A stretch of 64,000 nt of DNA from positions 416,001 to 480,000 of the forward strand of contig CAWEXU010000030.1 in assembly GCA_963813075.1 (NCBI GenBank), read 5' to 3'. Position numbers and translations under genes: made by a program. A model generated the notes under the pieces. That model ran no database searches. It was not told where the DNA came from and saw only the letters and a list, made by a program, of their open reading frames with translations. Origin of the DNA: Methanotrichaceae archaeon. Lineage in GTDB: Archaea > Halobacteriota > Methanosarcinia > Methanotrichales > Methanotrichaceae. Positions within the stretch are counted from its first letter, which is position 1. Every line of letters starts with the position of its first letter. Positions 1 to 9,497 of this stretch are shown here, piece by piece.

Positions 1-316
1 TGGAGAATATCCACTCGCTGAGGCTGGCGCAGTGCTCGGGGATGCACTCCTCGATGCAACCTGCACAGGGCTCGAAGGCATCCACAGCCATAAGGGGATC
101 GAAACGTCTGCCGCCGGGCCTGCTTACGCAAAAAAGCCTATACGTCCTGATACCGTCGACCGATTCCACCTCTCTGGTGATAAAGCGATCTTTGAGGAGC
201 TTGGCCACAATGCGGGAGCATTTGCGTGAATCGATCTTCAGAGCTTTCCACAGGTCGCTTTGCAAAGCTCCCTCAGGATGCGATTTAATATAATCTAATG
301 CTTCCTCGACAGACAT
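1..316 (-). CDS. Winged-helix + Cys-cluster protein, archaeal RPC34/TFE-beta-like; 3' end runs off the window; absent from the ORF track
   Basis: Manual translation from ATG at 316: MSVEEALDYIKSHPEGALQSDLWKALKIDSRKCSRIVAKLLKDRFITRE...EPCAGCIEECIPEHCASLSEWI. wHTH followed by C-x2-C-x3-C-x4-C; directly downstream of the Lsm gene. Confidence 0.7.
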   Translation of the reverse strand, partial: MSVEEALDYIKSHPEGALQSDLWKALKIDSRKCSRIVAKLLKDRFITREVESVDGIRTYRLFCVSRPGGRRFDPLMAVDAFEPCAGCIEECIPEHCASLSEWIFS

Positions 317-326
317 CCCTTACCTC

Positions 327-551
327 TCACTCAACCGGGCTGATTAGAATGATGTTATTGCCTCGCAGGATAACCGATCCCAAAGAGCGAGTCTTCTCGC
401 CACCGATCAACTCCACGGTCTCCAGCAGATGGAGGTTCAAGTATTCGTCCACGCTGTTGAGAACACCTTCCAGGACATACCGCGGTGATCCCTTCATCTC
501 CACCTGAATCTTGCTTCCTACCAGACTCTGTACCTTCTTAGTTGGGAACAT
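327..551 (-). CDS. Sm-like (Lsm/SmAP) RNA-binding protein
   Basis: Sm1/Sm2 motifs: G.L..VDEYLNLHL and LGSVILRGNNIILISP. Confidence 0.93.
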   Translation of the reverse strand: MFPTKKVQSLVGSKIQVEMKGSPRYVLEGVLNSVDEYLNLHLLETVELIGGEKTRSLGSVILRGNNIILISPVE

Positions 552-637
552 ATATCAGACTCCTTGGCCACCTTCGACAGATAAAGCTCAGCAGTTTGGG
601 CTATCCATCGATATGCTACAATCAATACCTTGCATAT

Positions 638-865
638 CTAGGCGGATTGTACGCCTTTTACCCCTTTGACGCTCTTCATGAGCTCTTTCTCGATGAAGTT
701 CTTCAGTGTCATCTGGGAGAAGGGACAGCCTGCGCAGTGTCCCTGCAGCCTTACGGTCACAATGCCATCAGTGATGTCAACCAGCTCAACGTCTCCGCCA
801 TCTACGCGAAGGCCTTCCCTGATCTTACCCAGGGCAGCTTCCACCTCGTCATTTAGGTTCTGCAT
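638..865 (-). CDS. NifU C-terminal (NfuA-like) Fe-S carrier protein
   Basis: IR..LRVDGGDVELVD...VRLQGHCAGCP.SQMTLK motif. Confidence 0.92.
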   Translation of the reverse strand: MQNLNDEVEAALGKIREGLRVDGGDVELVDITDGIVTVRLQGHCAGCPFSQMTLKNFIEKELMKSVKGVKGVQSA

Positions 866-1199
866 GAGTAGTATCGTCTCCTTTCACCTTTATGGAATTA
901 ACCTGGTGCCCGATGATGGTGAACCTTATCCCTTTTAAAGCTTCCTCGAGCTGCCTTATGAGCTGCTGACATTTGTCTGATCCCACTACGGTATTAACCA
1001 TGACACCGGGTTCAGAATGGTCCCGGATGGCCTTTAAAGCCATATCAGGATCCTCGCTCAGCCGGAAGCTTTTCCAGCTGGTGGGAGCCATTCCCTGGTA
1101 CTCGATGAGGTAAAAGCCGGTGATCCCCAGCTCCGTCAAGCTGTTGATGACTCTGACGAGATGCTCGTGATCTACAAAAATCTTGACCATGGTCTTCAT
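849..1199 (-). CDS. MJ1244-family protein (methanogen-conserved, PII/GlnB-like pattern)
   Basis: VINSLTELGITGFYLIEYQGM.P..W..F...EDP pattern; overlaps the start of the NifU-like gene. Confidence 0.65.
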   Translation of the reverse strand: MKTMVKIFVDHEHLVRVINSLTELGITGFYLIEYQGMAPTSWKSFRLSEDPDMALKAIRDHSEPGVMVNTVVGSDKCQQLIRQLEEALKGIRFTIIGHQVNSIKVKGDDTTHAEPK

Positions 1200-1293
1200 G
1201 GATTTTCCTCTTACATATATCGATCATCAGCCCTTATAAACTTCGCGATATCGGGATATTCTTTTATCCTACCCGAGCCATGCATGCCCTACC

Positions 1294-1773
1294 ATGGCAT
1301 CCAGAGATATTAGAGATGTGCTGAATGGCAGGGGAATCACAGAGGAGGAGATCGTATCTGCAGCAATGGCGTTATACTTCCCCCATCCCGGGGTGGAGAC
1401 GCGCGAGCGAGCGGAAACGGTATTCCGGCAGGAGATGGACCTTGCCCTATCCGACCCCAACCTGGCTCTGCTCATCTACGCCGCTGTCCTCCTGGAGTCG
1501 GAGGGGGAGAGATGCAACCTTCCCAACCTGAATTCGTCCGACTATGAGAACGACCTGACCTGCCTTATCGCGGACGAGGTCTTGGGCCTGAGCATAGCCA
1601 AGTATGTGGGAGGCTATAAGGGATTGTTCGATTATGTGCGCTATGACAAGGCTAAACCGGGAATACTCGCCCGGCTGGGCCCCTTTCTGGATGATGCAAT
1701 GGCCGGCCTGATCGGCGGAGTCTCAGCCAATATGTACACCAGGGCCGCGCACGCTCAGGGGATCGGCAATTGA
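1294..1773 (+). CDS. cobZ: Alpha-ribazole phosphatase CobZ (PgpA-like)
   Basis: LIADEVLG..IA.Y.GG.K..F.Y.RYD..KPGIL..LGPFLDD motif; immediately upstream of cobS. Confidence 0.85.
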   Translation: MASRDIRDVLNGRGITEEEIVSAAMALYFPHPGVETRERAETVFRQEMDLALSDPNLALLIYAAVLLESEGERCNLPNLNSSDYENDLTCLIADEVLGLSIAKYVGGYKGLFDYVRYDKAKPGILARLGPFLDDAMAGLIGGVSANMYTRAAHAQGIGN

Positions 1774-2534
1774 AAGACCTCCTTTTCGCCCTCAAATCCG
1801 GCTTTGGCTGGCTGTCCACCATACCGGTGGGAATATCCATGGAGGGAGTCGAGGCCCTGATGGACCATGTTTATGTCTTCCCCCTGGTGGGTATGGTCAT
1901 AGGGTCGATCCTGGGAGCGGTATCCTTCATTGCTCTGCAGGCATTTCCGGCTAGCCTGGCCGCTGTCGTGGTGATAGTCGCCATCTATTGGCTCTGCGGC
2001 ATAAACCACATCGATGGCCTGGCGGACTTTGCCGATGGTGTGATCGCTCACGGCACGAGGGAGAAGAAGATCGCCGCCATGAAGGACGTATACATGGGGA
2101 CCGGGGGAGGGCTTTATATCGTCGTTATCATCCTGGCGGCATTTGCCGTCCTGTCCAGCCTGCCGGTGGGGCTTTTTCCCCTGGCGGTTCTCGCGGCCGA
2201 GGTCAGTGCCAAAGAGGCCATGATATCCTTTGCCGCTTTCTCCACCTCCCTGCAGAAGGGATTCGGGCAGATAATGATTGACCGGACGGACCGGAGGCAT
2301 TTTCTAATCGGCCTTGTCATATCCGCATTCATCTGCGCAGCCGTTCTGGGGCCTCTGGGCCTGGCGGTCCTGGCCTCGGCCCAGCTGGCTGCCCATTACA
2401 TGGTGCGGGCTTCGAAGAGGAACTTCGGAGGGGCCAGCGGCGACGGTATAGGTGCGACAAACGAACTGGCCAGAGTTACCGCTCTGGCGGCTGCCCTGGC
2501 CTTAGGAGGTGTTCTCCCCTGGACGCTCTGGTGA
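1770..2534 (+). CDS. cobS: Adenosylcobinamide-GDP ribazoletransferase (cobalamin synthase)
   Basis: HIDGLADFADG, MKD...GTGG and FGGASGDGIGA motifs; multi-TM; TTG start overlapping the cobZ stop. Confidence 0.93.
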   Translation: MKDLLFALKSGFGWLSTIPVGISMEGVEALMDHVYVFPLVGMVIGSILGAVSFIALQAFPASLAAVVVIVAIYWLCGINHIDGLADFADGVIAHGTREKKIAAMKDVYMGTGGGLYIVVIILAAFAVLSSLPVGLFPLAVLAAEVSAKEAMISFAAFSTSLQKGFGQIMIDRTDRRHFLIGLVISAFICAAVLGPLGLAVLASAQLAAHYMVRASKRNFGGASGDGIGATNELARVTALAAALALGGVLPWTLW

Positions 2535-3122
2535 TGGCCGGAGGCCGCGGCTCGCGTCTGAACAGAGGCGAGAAGCCCATGGTGACCATCTTCGGACGGA
2601 AGCTGATCGAGTATGTGGCCCTGGCCCTGGAGGATAGCTCTGTGGATAGGATCTATGTCGCCACCACTGATAATGTGCCCCTGACCCGGGCCTGGGCTCT
2701 GGAATGGGGGCTTTCAGTGGTGGACACCCCGGGAATGGGCTTTGTCCCGGATATGATCAGTGCGGTGAAGGCGGCAGAAGTTCTCGATCCCATATTGATC
2801 ATCATGGCCGATCTGCCCCTGATCACCAGCGATCTTATCGATAGCATAATCGATGTCTACGAAGGTCGTCCTGAGCCCGCTCTCTCCACCCATACTCCAC
2901 TGGAGCTGCACCGCCGTCTGGGCCGCCGGCCCGATTCCCTTTTCAATTACCAGGGCCAGCTGATCGTCCCCTCGGGGATAAATGTGCTGGACGGTGAAAA
3001 GATCGAAAGAGAGCAGGAGGACTACCATCTGATAATGGAGAGGATCGAATTGGCAGTGAATGTGAATGTTGTCAGAGGACCTCCGCCTCTGCGAGAGGAT
3101 ATTGCAAGGTGATTTTATTTGA
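2519..3122 (+). CDS. cobY: GTP:adenosylcobinamide-phosphate guanylyltransferase; probable CTG start at 2519; 1-bp frameshift near 3073
   Basis: (M)DALVMAGGRGSRL...EKP NTP-transferase motif and NVN motif; removing one base gives ...EDLRLCERILQGDFI* with a TTGA overlap into the next gene. Confidence 0.85.
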
Positions 3123-3481
3123 ATAACAGCATAACGATAAATAATGAGAAGTTCTCTCTTGAAGACCTGATGCTGCTCACTGGAGAGGATGAGGTGAAAG
3201 AGCCGAAGGGCTATATCCTTCTCGTGGCAAGGGCGCTGCATAATCCCATGAGGCTCCCCTGGCTGCTCAAAGAGATATGCGGCCTGTGTATCAAGGAGGA
3301 GGAGCAAAGGGATATGAGGCTCAGCCTGATCCGGGTGCAGGTGGAAGCCGAGCTGAAGATGAACCAGGATATCCAGAGATTTCAGCAGAGGCGCTATGTG
3401 GCCCAGGTGATTGAGATCCTGCTGTTCAACGATCTGATGCTTGCCCCCAGGGAAGCGGTGGAAGAGGGCGATATGGAGTAG
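3119..3481 (+). CDS. Hypothetical protein, probably co-transcribed with the cob genes
   Basis: 120-aa ORF with normal composition; TTG start overlaps the corrected cobY stop. Confidence 0.7.
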   Translation: MNNSITINNEKFSLEDLMLLTGEDEVKEPKGYILLVARALHNPMRLPWLLKEICGLCIKEEEQRDMRLSLIRVQVEAELKMNQDIQRFQQRRYVAQVIEILLFNDLMLAPREAVEEGDME

Positions 3482-3603
3482 TCAGACCCCCACAATTCCC
3501 ACTTGGGAGGATATCGCGGCGCGGCAAAAATAGTCATGAGGTTCTGCCTGACCTCTCAGGAGACCTCTTCTTTGGCTCATGCTCAGTTCTGGCACAAGCT
3601 CAG

Positions 3604-4053
3604 TTATACGGTATCATTCTGTGCAGTTGGGACAGTCTGTGCTGCAGGGGAGACCTGTGCTGCTGCCTTGCTCTGGGATACGCTGCTTCCTACGTATGCC
3701 GTTTTTGCCGTAAGTCCCACTTTAGCCGCATTTACAGTGATATTGCTCTTGCCAGCATCCGGATCGTAGCTCAGGAATTCATTGATGCTCTGGGTGTAGG
3801 TAGCAGATGCCAGGCCACCTGGGTTCTTGGCGAAGGCAATGTTATCGAATACGGTCGGATTTATTCCTGAGAGACGCACAGCATATGGATTATTCCAGAC
3901 ATATCCTGGATCAAACGGATTTATTGTGCTCCTGTTTATCGTCGGCACATCTTCGAGATTGCTTTGCACTGCTGCAGAGGGCAGCTGGGCAATTGCGGGC
4001 ATTGTCATAGCCAGCATGATTGCCATGATCAATATATTAAAAATTTTTGTCAT
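3604..4053 (-). CDS. Secreted hypothetical protein
   Basis: Signal-peptide-like MTKIFNILIMAIMLAMTMPAIA after a GGAGG Shine-Dalgarno; Ala/Thr-rich tail. Confidence 0.7.
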   Translation of the reverse strand: MTKIFNILIMAIMLAMTMPAIAQLPSAAVQSNLEDVPTINRSTINPFDPGYVWNNPYAVRLSGINPTVFDNIAFAKNPGGLASATYTQSINEFLSYDPDAGKSNITVNAAKVGLTAKTAYVGSSVSQSKAAAQVSPAAQTVPTAQNDTV

Positions 4054-4331
4054 GTTAATCCTCCTAAACGAGCATCTCGCCCTTGTTTTTATAGATCTGG
4101 CAGAAATGCAGCCATCGATCGAATTTGCGAATACCGTATCGTGGGAGCTGAATGCCATCTCATCACGGATGATGGCGAATCAAACCATAATGATAATAAA
4201 CCTTGTGGTTATCCTTCAAAAAGGAGAGGAAGGTGAAGGATATGCCTTTTCAACCCCTCACCCCCCGGTTATCGTCCACTCTGATCAGATCGACCGAATC
4301 CGGAAACCTCACGGCTGATCTTCTGGAGAGA

Positions 4332-5367
4332 CTACTTCACCTGAACCTTGAACTCATACTTTCCTCCTCCCATCCTCAACGTCCAGATCCGCCAGCCCGA
4401 TGGGAAGGAGGTGCTCTTATCAGCGATTCCTTTGAGATCAAACTGGATGGCATCACCCTTCTTGAACTCCCCTGCGGCCAGGGTCTGGCCCAAGGGTGAA
4501 CGGCCCGACCTCGGTATTGTTCACCAGCAAGATCGCATCCCCCGTTTTTGCCTTGGTCATGGTGATATAAAGGGTGCCGTCTATTGGGGCGGTGATGTCC
4601 GGTGCCCCTGGTGAGGGTGGGACCGAACCCGTGCCAATGGCTGCGGAATAGAAGGGGAAGGTTGAGCCCATGCCGCACTCTCCCTCCTTGATCTTGAACC
4701 ATCCATCCTCTCCCCAGGATGTACTCCAGGAGTTCTTCCCGATCCAGCAATCTTCGGCATCATTATAGCCCACAATCAGAACGGCGTGGTTGCCCACGAA
4801 GTCCCCGTAATCCTGGCTGTAGACTCCGCCGTCATGGTCGAAGAAGTCTGCATAGACCGCCAGTCCGCTCATTATTGGTCCGGTTGAGGCGATGTGGGCT
4901 TTGGCCTGGTCAGAGCTATATATCGTCTTATAGGATGTGATTTTAGTCAATCGGCTTTTGAAATCAGGGCATGGCTTCCAGTCTCCAGCATATGGACAGC
5001 AGAGCTCGTCGCATACCCCTGACTCCGCTGCCATGAGCATGCGCACGAACTGGGCACCCGACTCGCACCTTCCTCCGCCCCGGGGAAAAAGATATGCCTC
5101 GGAGAGATCGGGCTGCAAGGTGGCGTCTTTTTTCGTGATTTCCATCATCGACTCCATCAGGGCGACAGTGGCGAAGGAAACGCAGCTGCCGCATTTTCCC
5201 TGGTCGCGAATGGGGGTGGTATAGTTTTTGCCCTCAAAATTCCTCCAGTCAAAGGAGCGGGGATGCTCCACCGCCCTGAGAAGCTTTGCCGTGGCGGCAA
5301 ACATGGCCATATTATGCTGAATTTCTGCCGGCGATACTATCAGCCCGGTCGAATAGGTCTTTCCCAT
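4332..5367 (-). CDS. Papain-family (C1A) cysteine peptidase with C-terminal beta domain; frameshift near 4490
   Basis: FDWR, DQG.CGSC, NHAV.IVGY and KNSW...WGEDG catalytic motifs; the shifted frame continues GQTLAAGEFKKG...FKVQVK*. Confidence 0.9.
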
Positions 5368-5579
5368 AGTCTTTCATCTCCCTTACAATGGCTGCAGTGA
5401 CCATTTTGTCAATTCAAAGATCGCAGAAGGATCATATTTCTATAGTATAATAGGCGGGATGGAATAAATACTTGGCTGTGCAGGCCTATCTTTTCAGCAC
5501 TCTGTTCCTGGAAGGTTCACACTGGAAAACATTTAAAATTCCGTCCATCCTATATCATCCCCGGCTGAGGTGTACGGAA

Positions 5580-6168
5580 ATGAGAATTAAAATGATGTGG
5601 ATCGCAATTATCCTGATATTTCTATCATGCTTATCGATCCAGGTCTTTGCCCTGGATCCGGGAACCATAGCGGTGCCCAGCATCACCGGGGCGAACATGG
5701 ATATGCCCAAGCCCCTGATCACCCCACCCAGCTATGGATATGTCCGATCCCTCCACCAAAGTCACTGTGGTGGAGGGCAAGAAAGATCCATTCTCGGATG
5801 GATCGCCTTTCAATGAGAGCCAAAAGGGCGATGCGGCTAAATTTAATGGGAAATGGACGGTGAAGTTTGCCGGTCGCAGTGATGTCTCGTTGGGCCTGGA
5901 CCTATGGGCTTCCGGAGGGAGCAATGTGATGGGCTTTGGTGAGCTGAGGGAGGGCCAGTCCAATAACTCCGTCTCCGCCAGTGGCTCATTTGATGGCGAA
6001 GGTCTTATGCTGGCGGTCAAATCCGCTGCGCCAAAGTACCAGGGCCAAAGGTATGATGGATGCGATCTGGATCTGGTTTTATTGAACGATACCCTATCCG
6101 GAAGTTACATTTTGAAGTGGCAGGGAGAGATACAGGATAAGGGAAATGCCACCGCAGTGAGGACGTAG
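5580..6168 (+). CDS. Secreted beta-barrel-like protein (paralogue 1); frameshift near 5730
   Basis: Signal peptide in ORF 5472-5816, mature domain in ORF 5734-6168; similar to the three genes at 7652-9460. Confidence 0.7.
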
Positions 6169-6196
6169 TCCGGGCAGGGAGATTCTCTTCACCCGG

Positions 6197-6211
6197 AGAA
6201 ACAATTTATAT
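6197..6211 (+). promoter_or_regulatory. Putative BRE/TATA promoter of srp54
   Basis: AGAAACAATTTATAT about 30 bp upstream of the ATG at 6243. Confidence 0.5.
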
Positions 6212-6242
6212 GGCTTAAAGAACCACGGGAAAATGAAGCATT

Positions 6243-7580
6243 ATGGTCCTGGACAACTTAGGCGGATCGCTGCGCAATGCCCTGAAAAAGATTGCCTCAG
6301 CGAACAAAATCGATAAAGCCCTGGTCGACGAAGCGGTGCGGGAGATCCAGCGTGCCCTCCTGCAGGCAGACGTGAATGTGAAGCTGGTAATGCAGCTTTC
6401 CAACACCATCAAATCCAGAGCCCTTGACGAGAAGCCCGCTGCTGGGATGAACCCGCGCGAGCACGTGATAAATATCGTCTACCAGGAGCTGATCAACCTG
6501 GTAGGTCGTGGCGCGGACATCCCCCTGAAAAAGCAGAACATCATGCTCGTCGGCCTGCAGGGCTCGGGAAAGACGACCACCGCCGCAAAGCTGGCCACCT
6601 TCTTTCAGAGGAAGGGGCTGAGGACGGCGGTGATATGCGCCGACACCTTCCGGGCGGGAGCATTTGATCAGCTCAAGGCCCTGTGCGAGAAGCAGGGCAT
6701 ATTCTTCTACGGCGAGAAGGGCAACCCCGATGCCCCGGCGGTGGCCAGAAACGGCCTGGAGGCCACCAAGAAGTACGACATCCGGATTGTGGACACTGCA
6801 GGGAGGCATGCCCTGGAGGGGGACCTGATCCAGGAGATGAAGGACATCCATGCGGTGGTAAACGCCGAGCAGAAGCTGCTGGTGATGGACGCCGCTTTAG
6901 GCCAGCAGGCCAGCGATCAAGCGCGGGCATTCAACGAGGCGGTCAATATCACCGGGGTTATCATCACCAAGCTCGACGGCACGGCCAAGGGCGGCGGGGC
7001 GCTGTCCGCGGTGGCGGAGACCAAAACCTCGGTGGCCTTCATCGGCGTGGGCGAGACCCCGGCGGACCTGGAGAAGTTCGAGGCGGACAGGTTCATCTCC
7101 CGCATGCTGGGCATGGGCGACATCAAAACCCTCATCGAGCGGGCCCAGGAGGTGCAGACGGAGCAGGAGGTGGATGTCGAGTCCCTGATGCGGGGCAAGT
7201 TCTCCCTCCGGGATATGTACCAGCAGATGGAGGCCATGAACAAGCTCGGGCCATTGAAGCAGATCATGCAGATGCTGCCCCTGGGGGGCATGGGAGTCGA
7301 GCTCTCGGACAAAGAGTATCAGATGACCAAGGACCGGCTGGACAAGTACCGGGTGGTCATGGACTCCATGACTGCAGCAGAACTCGAGGACCCCAAGATC
7401 ATCACCGCCTCGCGCATCAAGCGCATATCCCAGGGGAGCGGCGCCTCACCCGAGCTGGTCCGGGAATTGCTCAAATCCCATCAGGCCATGCAAAAAGCGA
7501 TCAAAGGGATGAGGGGCGGAATGGGCAAGATGAACATGAAACGGATGATGAAGAGGTTCAATCCCGGGGCAAAAATGTAG
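6243..7580 (+). CDS. srp54: Signal recognition particle 54 kDa protein
   Basis: [15 protein letters not shown] and [11 protein letters not shown] motifs; Met-rich M domain. Confidence 0.98.
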   Translation: MVLDNLGGSLRNALKKIASANKIDKALVDEAVREIQRALLQADVNVKLVMQLSNTIKSRALDEKPAAGMNPREHVINIVYQELINLVGRGADIPLKKQNIMLVGLQGSGKTTTAAKLATFFQRKGLRTAVICADTFRAGAFDQLKALCEKQGIFFYGEKGNPDAPAVARNGLEATKKYDIRIVDTAGRHALEGDLIQEMKDIHAVVNAEQKLLVMDAALGQQASDQARAFNEAVNITGVIITKLDGTAKGGGALSAVAETKTSVAFIGVGETPADLEKFEADRFISRMLGMGDIKTLIERAQEVQTEQEVDVESLMRGKFSLRDMYQQMEAMNKLGPLKQIMQMLPLGGMGVELSDKEYQMTKDRLDKYRVVMDSMTAAELEDPKIITASRIKRISQGSGASPELVRELLKSHQAMQKAIKGMRGGMGKMNMKRMMKRFNPGAKM

Positions 7581-7651
7581 AGCCGGATCTCGGGCCCATT
7601 TTCGGCCAGGGAATTCCTATTTTCGCACCATTTTCGCCGCTGCGGTCATAT

Positions 7652-8164
7652 TCACTCTGGCATCCACCTACCTGTTGCCTCTCCCTGCACAATCCTTCCA
7701 TCGGCTAGTGTCTCGCTGAAATTTCCCGCCACGCTGCTGCCTTCGGCTGCCAGGCTGAATTCGAGCATTCCTCCGCGGCTGGAATTTATATTCAGAGAAA
7801 CGGCATTGCCGCTCACGGACCCCACTGCCAGCAGCGTCTCCGTCCCATTAAATCCCTTCATGCTCCCCTCGCCGGTAAGATTTGCTCCCGCGCGATTGAG
7901 GATGAGATAGACGCTTCTGGTATCGTTCAGGCTCAGGCTCATCCGGCTCTTTGATCCTCCTGGCGAATTCTGAACGGACAGGGAGCTGGACACAAGGCTC
8001 TGTTTAAGAAACTCATCGTGGCCCTGCATATCGATGTTCATGGCGGAATCGCCCAGGAAATTCGACGAGGTCCCTCCCACGGAGCAGCAGCCAGCCGCTG
8101 CTGCCGATCCATTTGCCAGGGCCAAAAGCACAAAAGTCAATACCGCAATCATTCTTTTCATCAT
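7652..8164 (-). CDS. Secreted beta-barrel-like protein (paralogue 2)
   Basis: Signal peptide MMKRMIAVLTFVLLALA; C-terminal domain aligns by eye with neighbours. Confidence 0.7.
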   Translation of the reverse strand: MMKRMIAVLTFVLLALANGSAAAAGCCSVGGTSSNFLGDSAMNIDMQGHDEFLKQSLVSSSLSVQNSPGGSKSRMSLSLNDTRSVYLILNRAGANLTGEGSMKGFNGTETLLAVGSVSGNAVSLNINSSRGGMLEFSLAAEGSSVAGNFSETLADGRIVQGEATGRWMPE

Positions 8165-8201
8165 TGTATTCCTTCTTGGACTGCTGCTTTTGTAGATGCT
8201 T

Positions 8202-8807
8202 TTATTGATCCTGCTCGATGGGCTGCCTTTTCCCAGGCTCTGCACCGCTTCCGCATATGATCCTGGTCTTTGGAAGGGGGGAGACGCCGCCAATGAGGTT
8301 TATGTCATCCTCCTGAGCGGCGGAAAGGATCATTCTTCCGGTAACTGTTCCCGATTCAATCTTCTTCCCCCGAGAAAATGTCTCATACTCTCCGGAAACA
8401 AAGCTGCCACTGGCGGAAAGCTGCAGCTTGAAGACCTCCTCACTACCCGGTGGGGTGACGAACACCGTCATACCTTTTTCTCCAACCGATCCGGCGGCAG
8501 TGACATTCAGGCTCGTCCCTTCGCCATTGAGCCTTCCGGAGCCTAAAATCAGCTCTTCCTGCTGAAACATCTCCAGCTCCAGCTGTCCGGCCAGGATGCC
8601 AGACAGATCAAGAGACCAGGTGCCTGTATAGTTCGCCAGAAGAGAAAGCTGGCCGATCTCGGCCGGATTTGCCGCCTCTTTGCCCACCGCCAGAGGAGAG
8701 AGTATTCCCGTGCCCGTGGAGACGGTGCCCATATACCCCTGCGATGCTGCCATGCCCACCAGGGTCATCGTTGCCAGTACCGCCAACAGAATTCTCATCA
8801 ATTCCAT
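8202..8807 (-). CDS. Secreted beta-barrel-like protein (paralogue 3)
   Basis: Signal peptide; GTWSLDL...LELEMFQ...GSGRL...VTAAGSV...SGEY pattern. Confidence 0.75.
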   Translation of the reverse strand: MELMRILLAVLATMTLVGMAASQGYMGTVSTGTGILSPLAVGKEAANPAEIGQLSLLANYTGTWSLDLSGILAGQLELEMFQQEELILGSGRLNGEGTSLNVTAAGSVGEKGMTVFVTPPGSEEVFKLQLSASGSFVSGEYETFSRGKKIESGTVTGRMILSAAQEDDINLIGGVSPLPKTRIICGSGAEPGKRQPIEQDQ

Positions 8808-8850
8808 TTAATCACTCCGAGAATATAAAAAAAATTGGCAGATAAGGTCT

Positions 8851-9460
8851 TTATGCTGCCAGACTGACCGGAGCTGTGGCCGCATACGAAGCCAGCAGCT
8901 TTCCAGAGGCTATTCCCGGCTGGATCACGCCCGGAGCGGTATAGATATAGTCCCCGTTCATGGATCCTGGGGTTATAGTCAGGCTCAGCCGATAGAGGCT
9001 CTGGCTGGCCACCGGGGTGACGAACAGAGCCACTCTATCTCCCAGCACCGTGCCGGCGGCAGTGACCTGGGCCAGGACACCTTCTCTCATCAGCACACCA
9101 TAGCCCGATACTGCATCTTGGTTCTGGAACAGATTAAGGATTGAGGTAGCTGGTGGCTGCCCCGGTAAGGGTAAAAGACCAGTTTCCTGCTATCGGCGCA
9201 TATTTTATGGGCACACGGGTCACGGCATTGGGGCTCATCCCCGTCTGTCTGTCAGTATAAAACAGGCTCTCATTCCTGAAGGACAGCGAGGGGTCCTCTC
9301 CCGGGCCATAGACTCCTTCAGTAACCTCCTCTTTTATCTGGCTGCCGGACATCTCCTCGGTGGGAAACACCGGTACCGCATTCACTGGGTCGGCTCCCTG
9401 GGCCGCTGCCGAGAGGCATGCGACCAGGGCCAACGCCATTGCCACAAACTTGAATCCCAT
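8851..9460 (-). CDS. Secreted beta-barrel-like protein (paralogue 4); frameshift near 9138
   Basis: ORFs 9134-9487 and 8851-9096 join (YLNLNLFQNQDAVSGYGVLMREG) if one base is removed. Confidence 0.75.
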
Positions 9461-9497
9461 TCTCCTGATACCTCCAGATGATAGCATACCTGGAGGC

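Noticed and set aside
6683..7708. 341-aa alternate-frame ORF over srp54, and similar long shadow ORFs
   Set aside because: Arg/Gly/Pro-rich by-products of GC3 bias overlapping well-supported genes.
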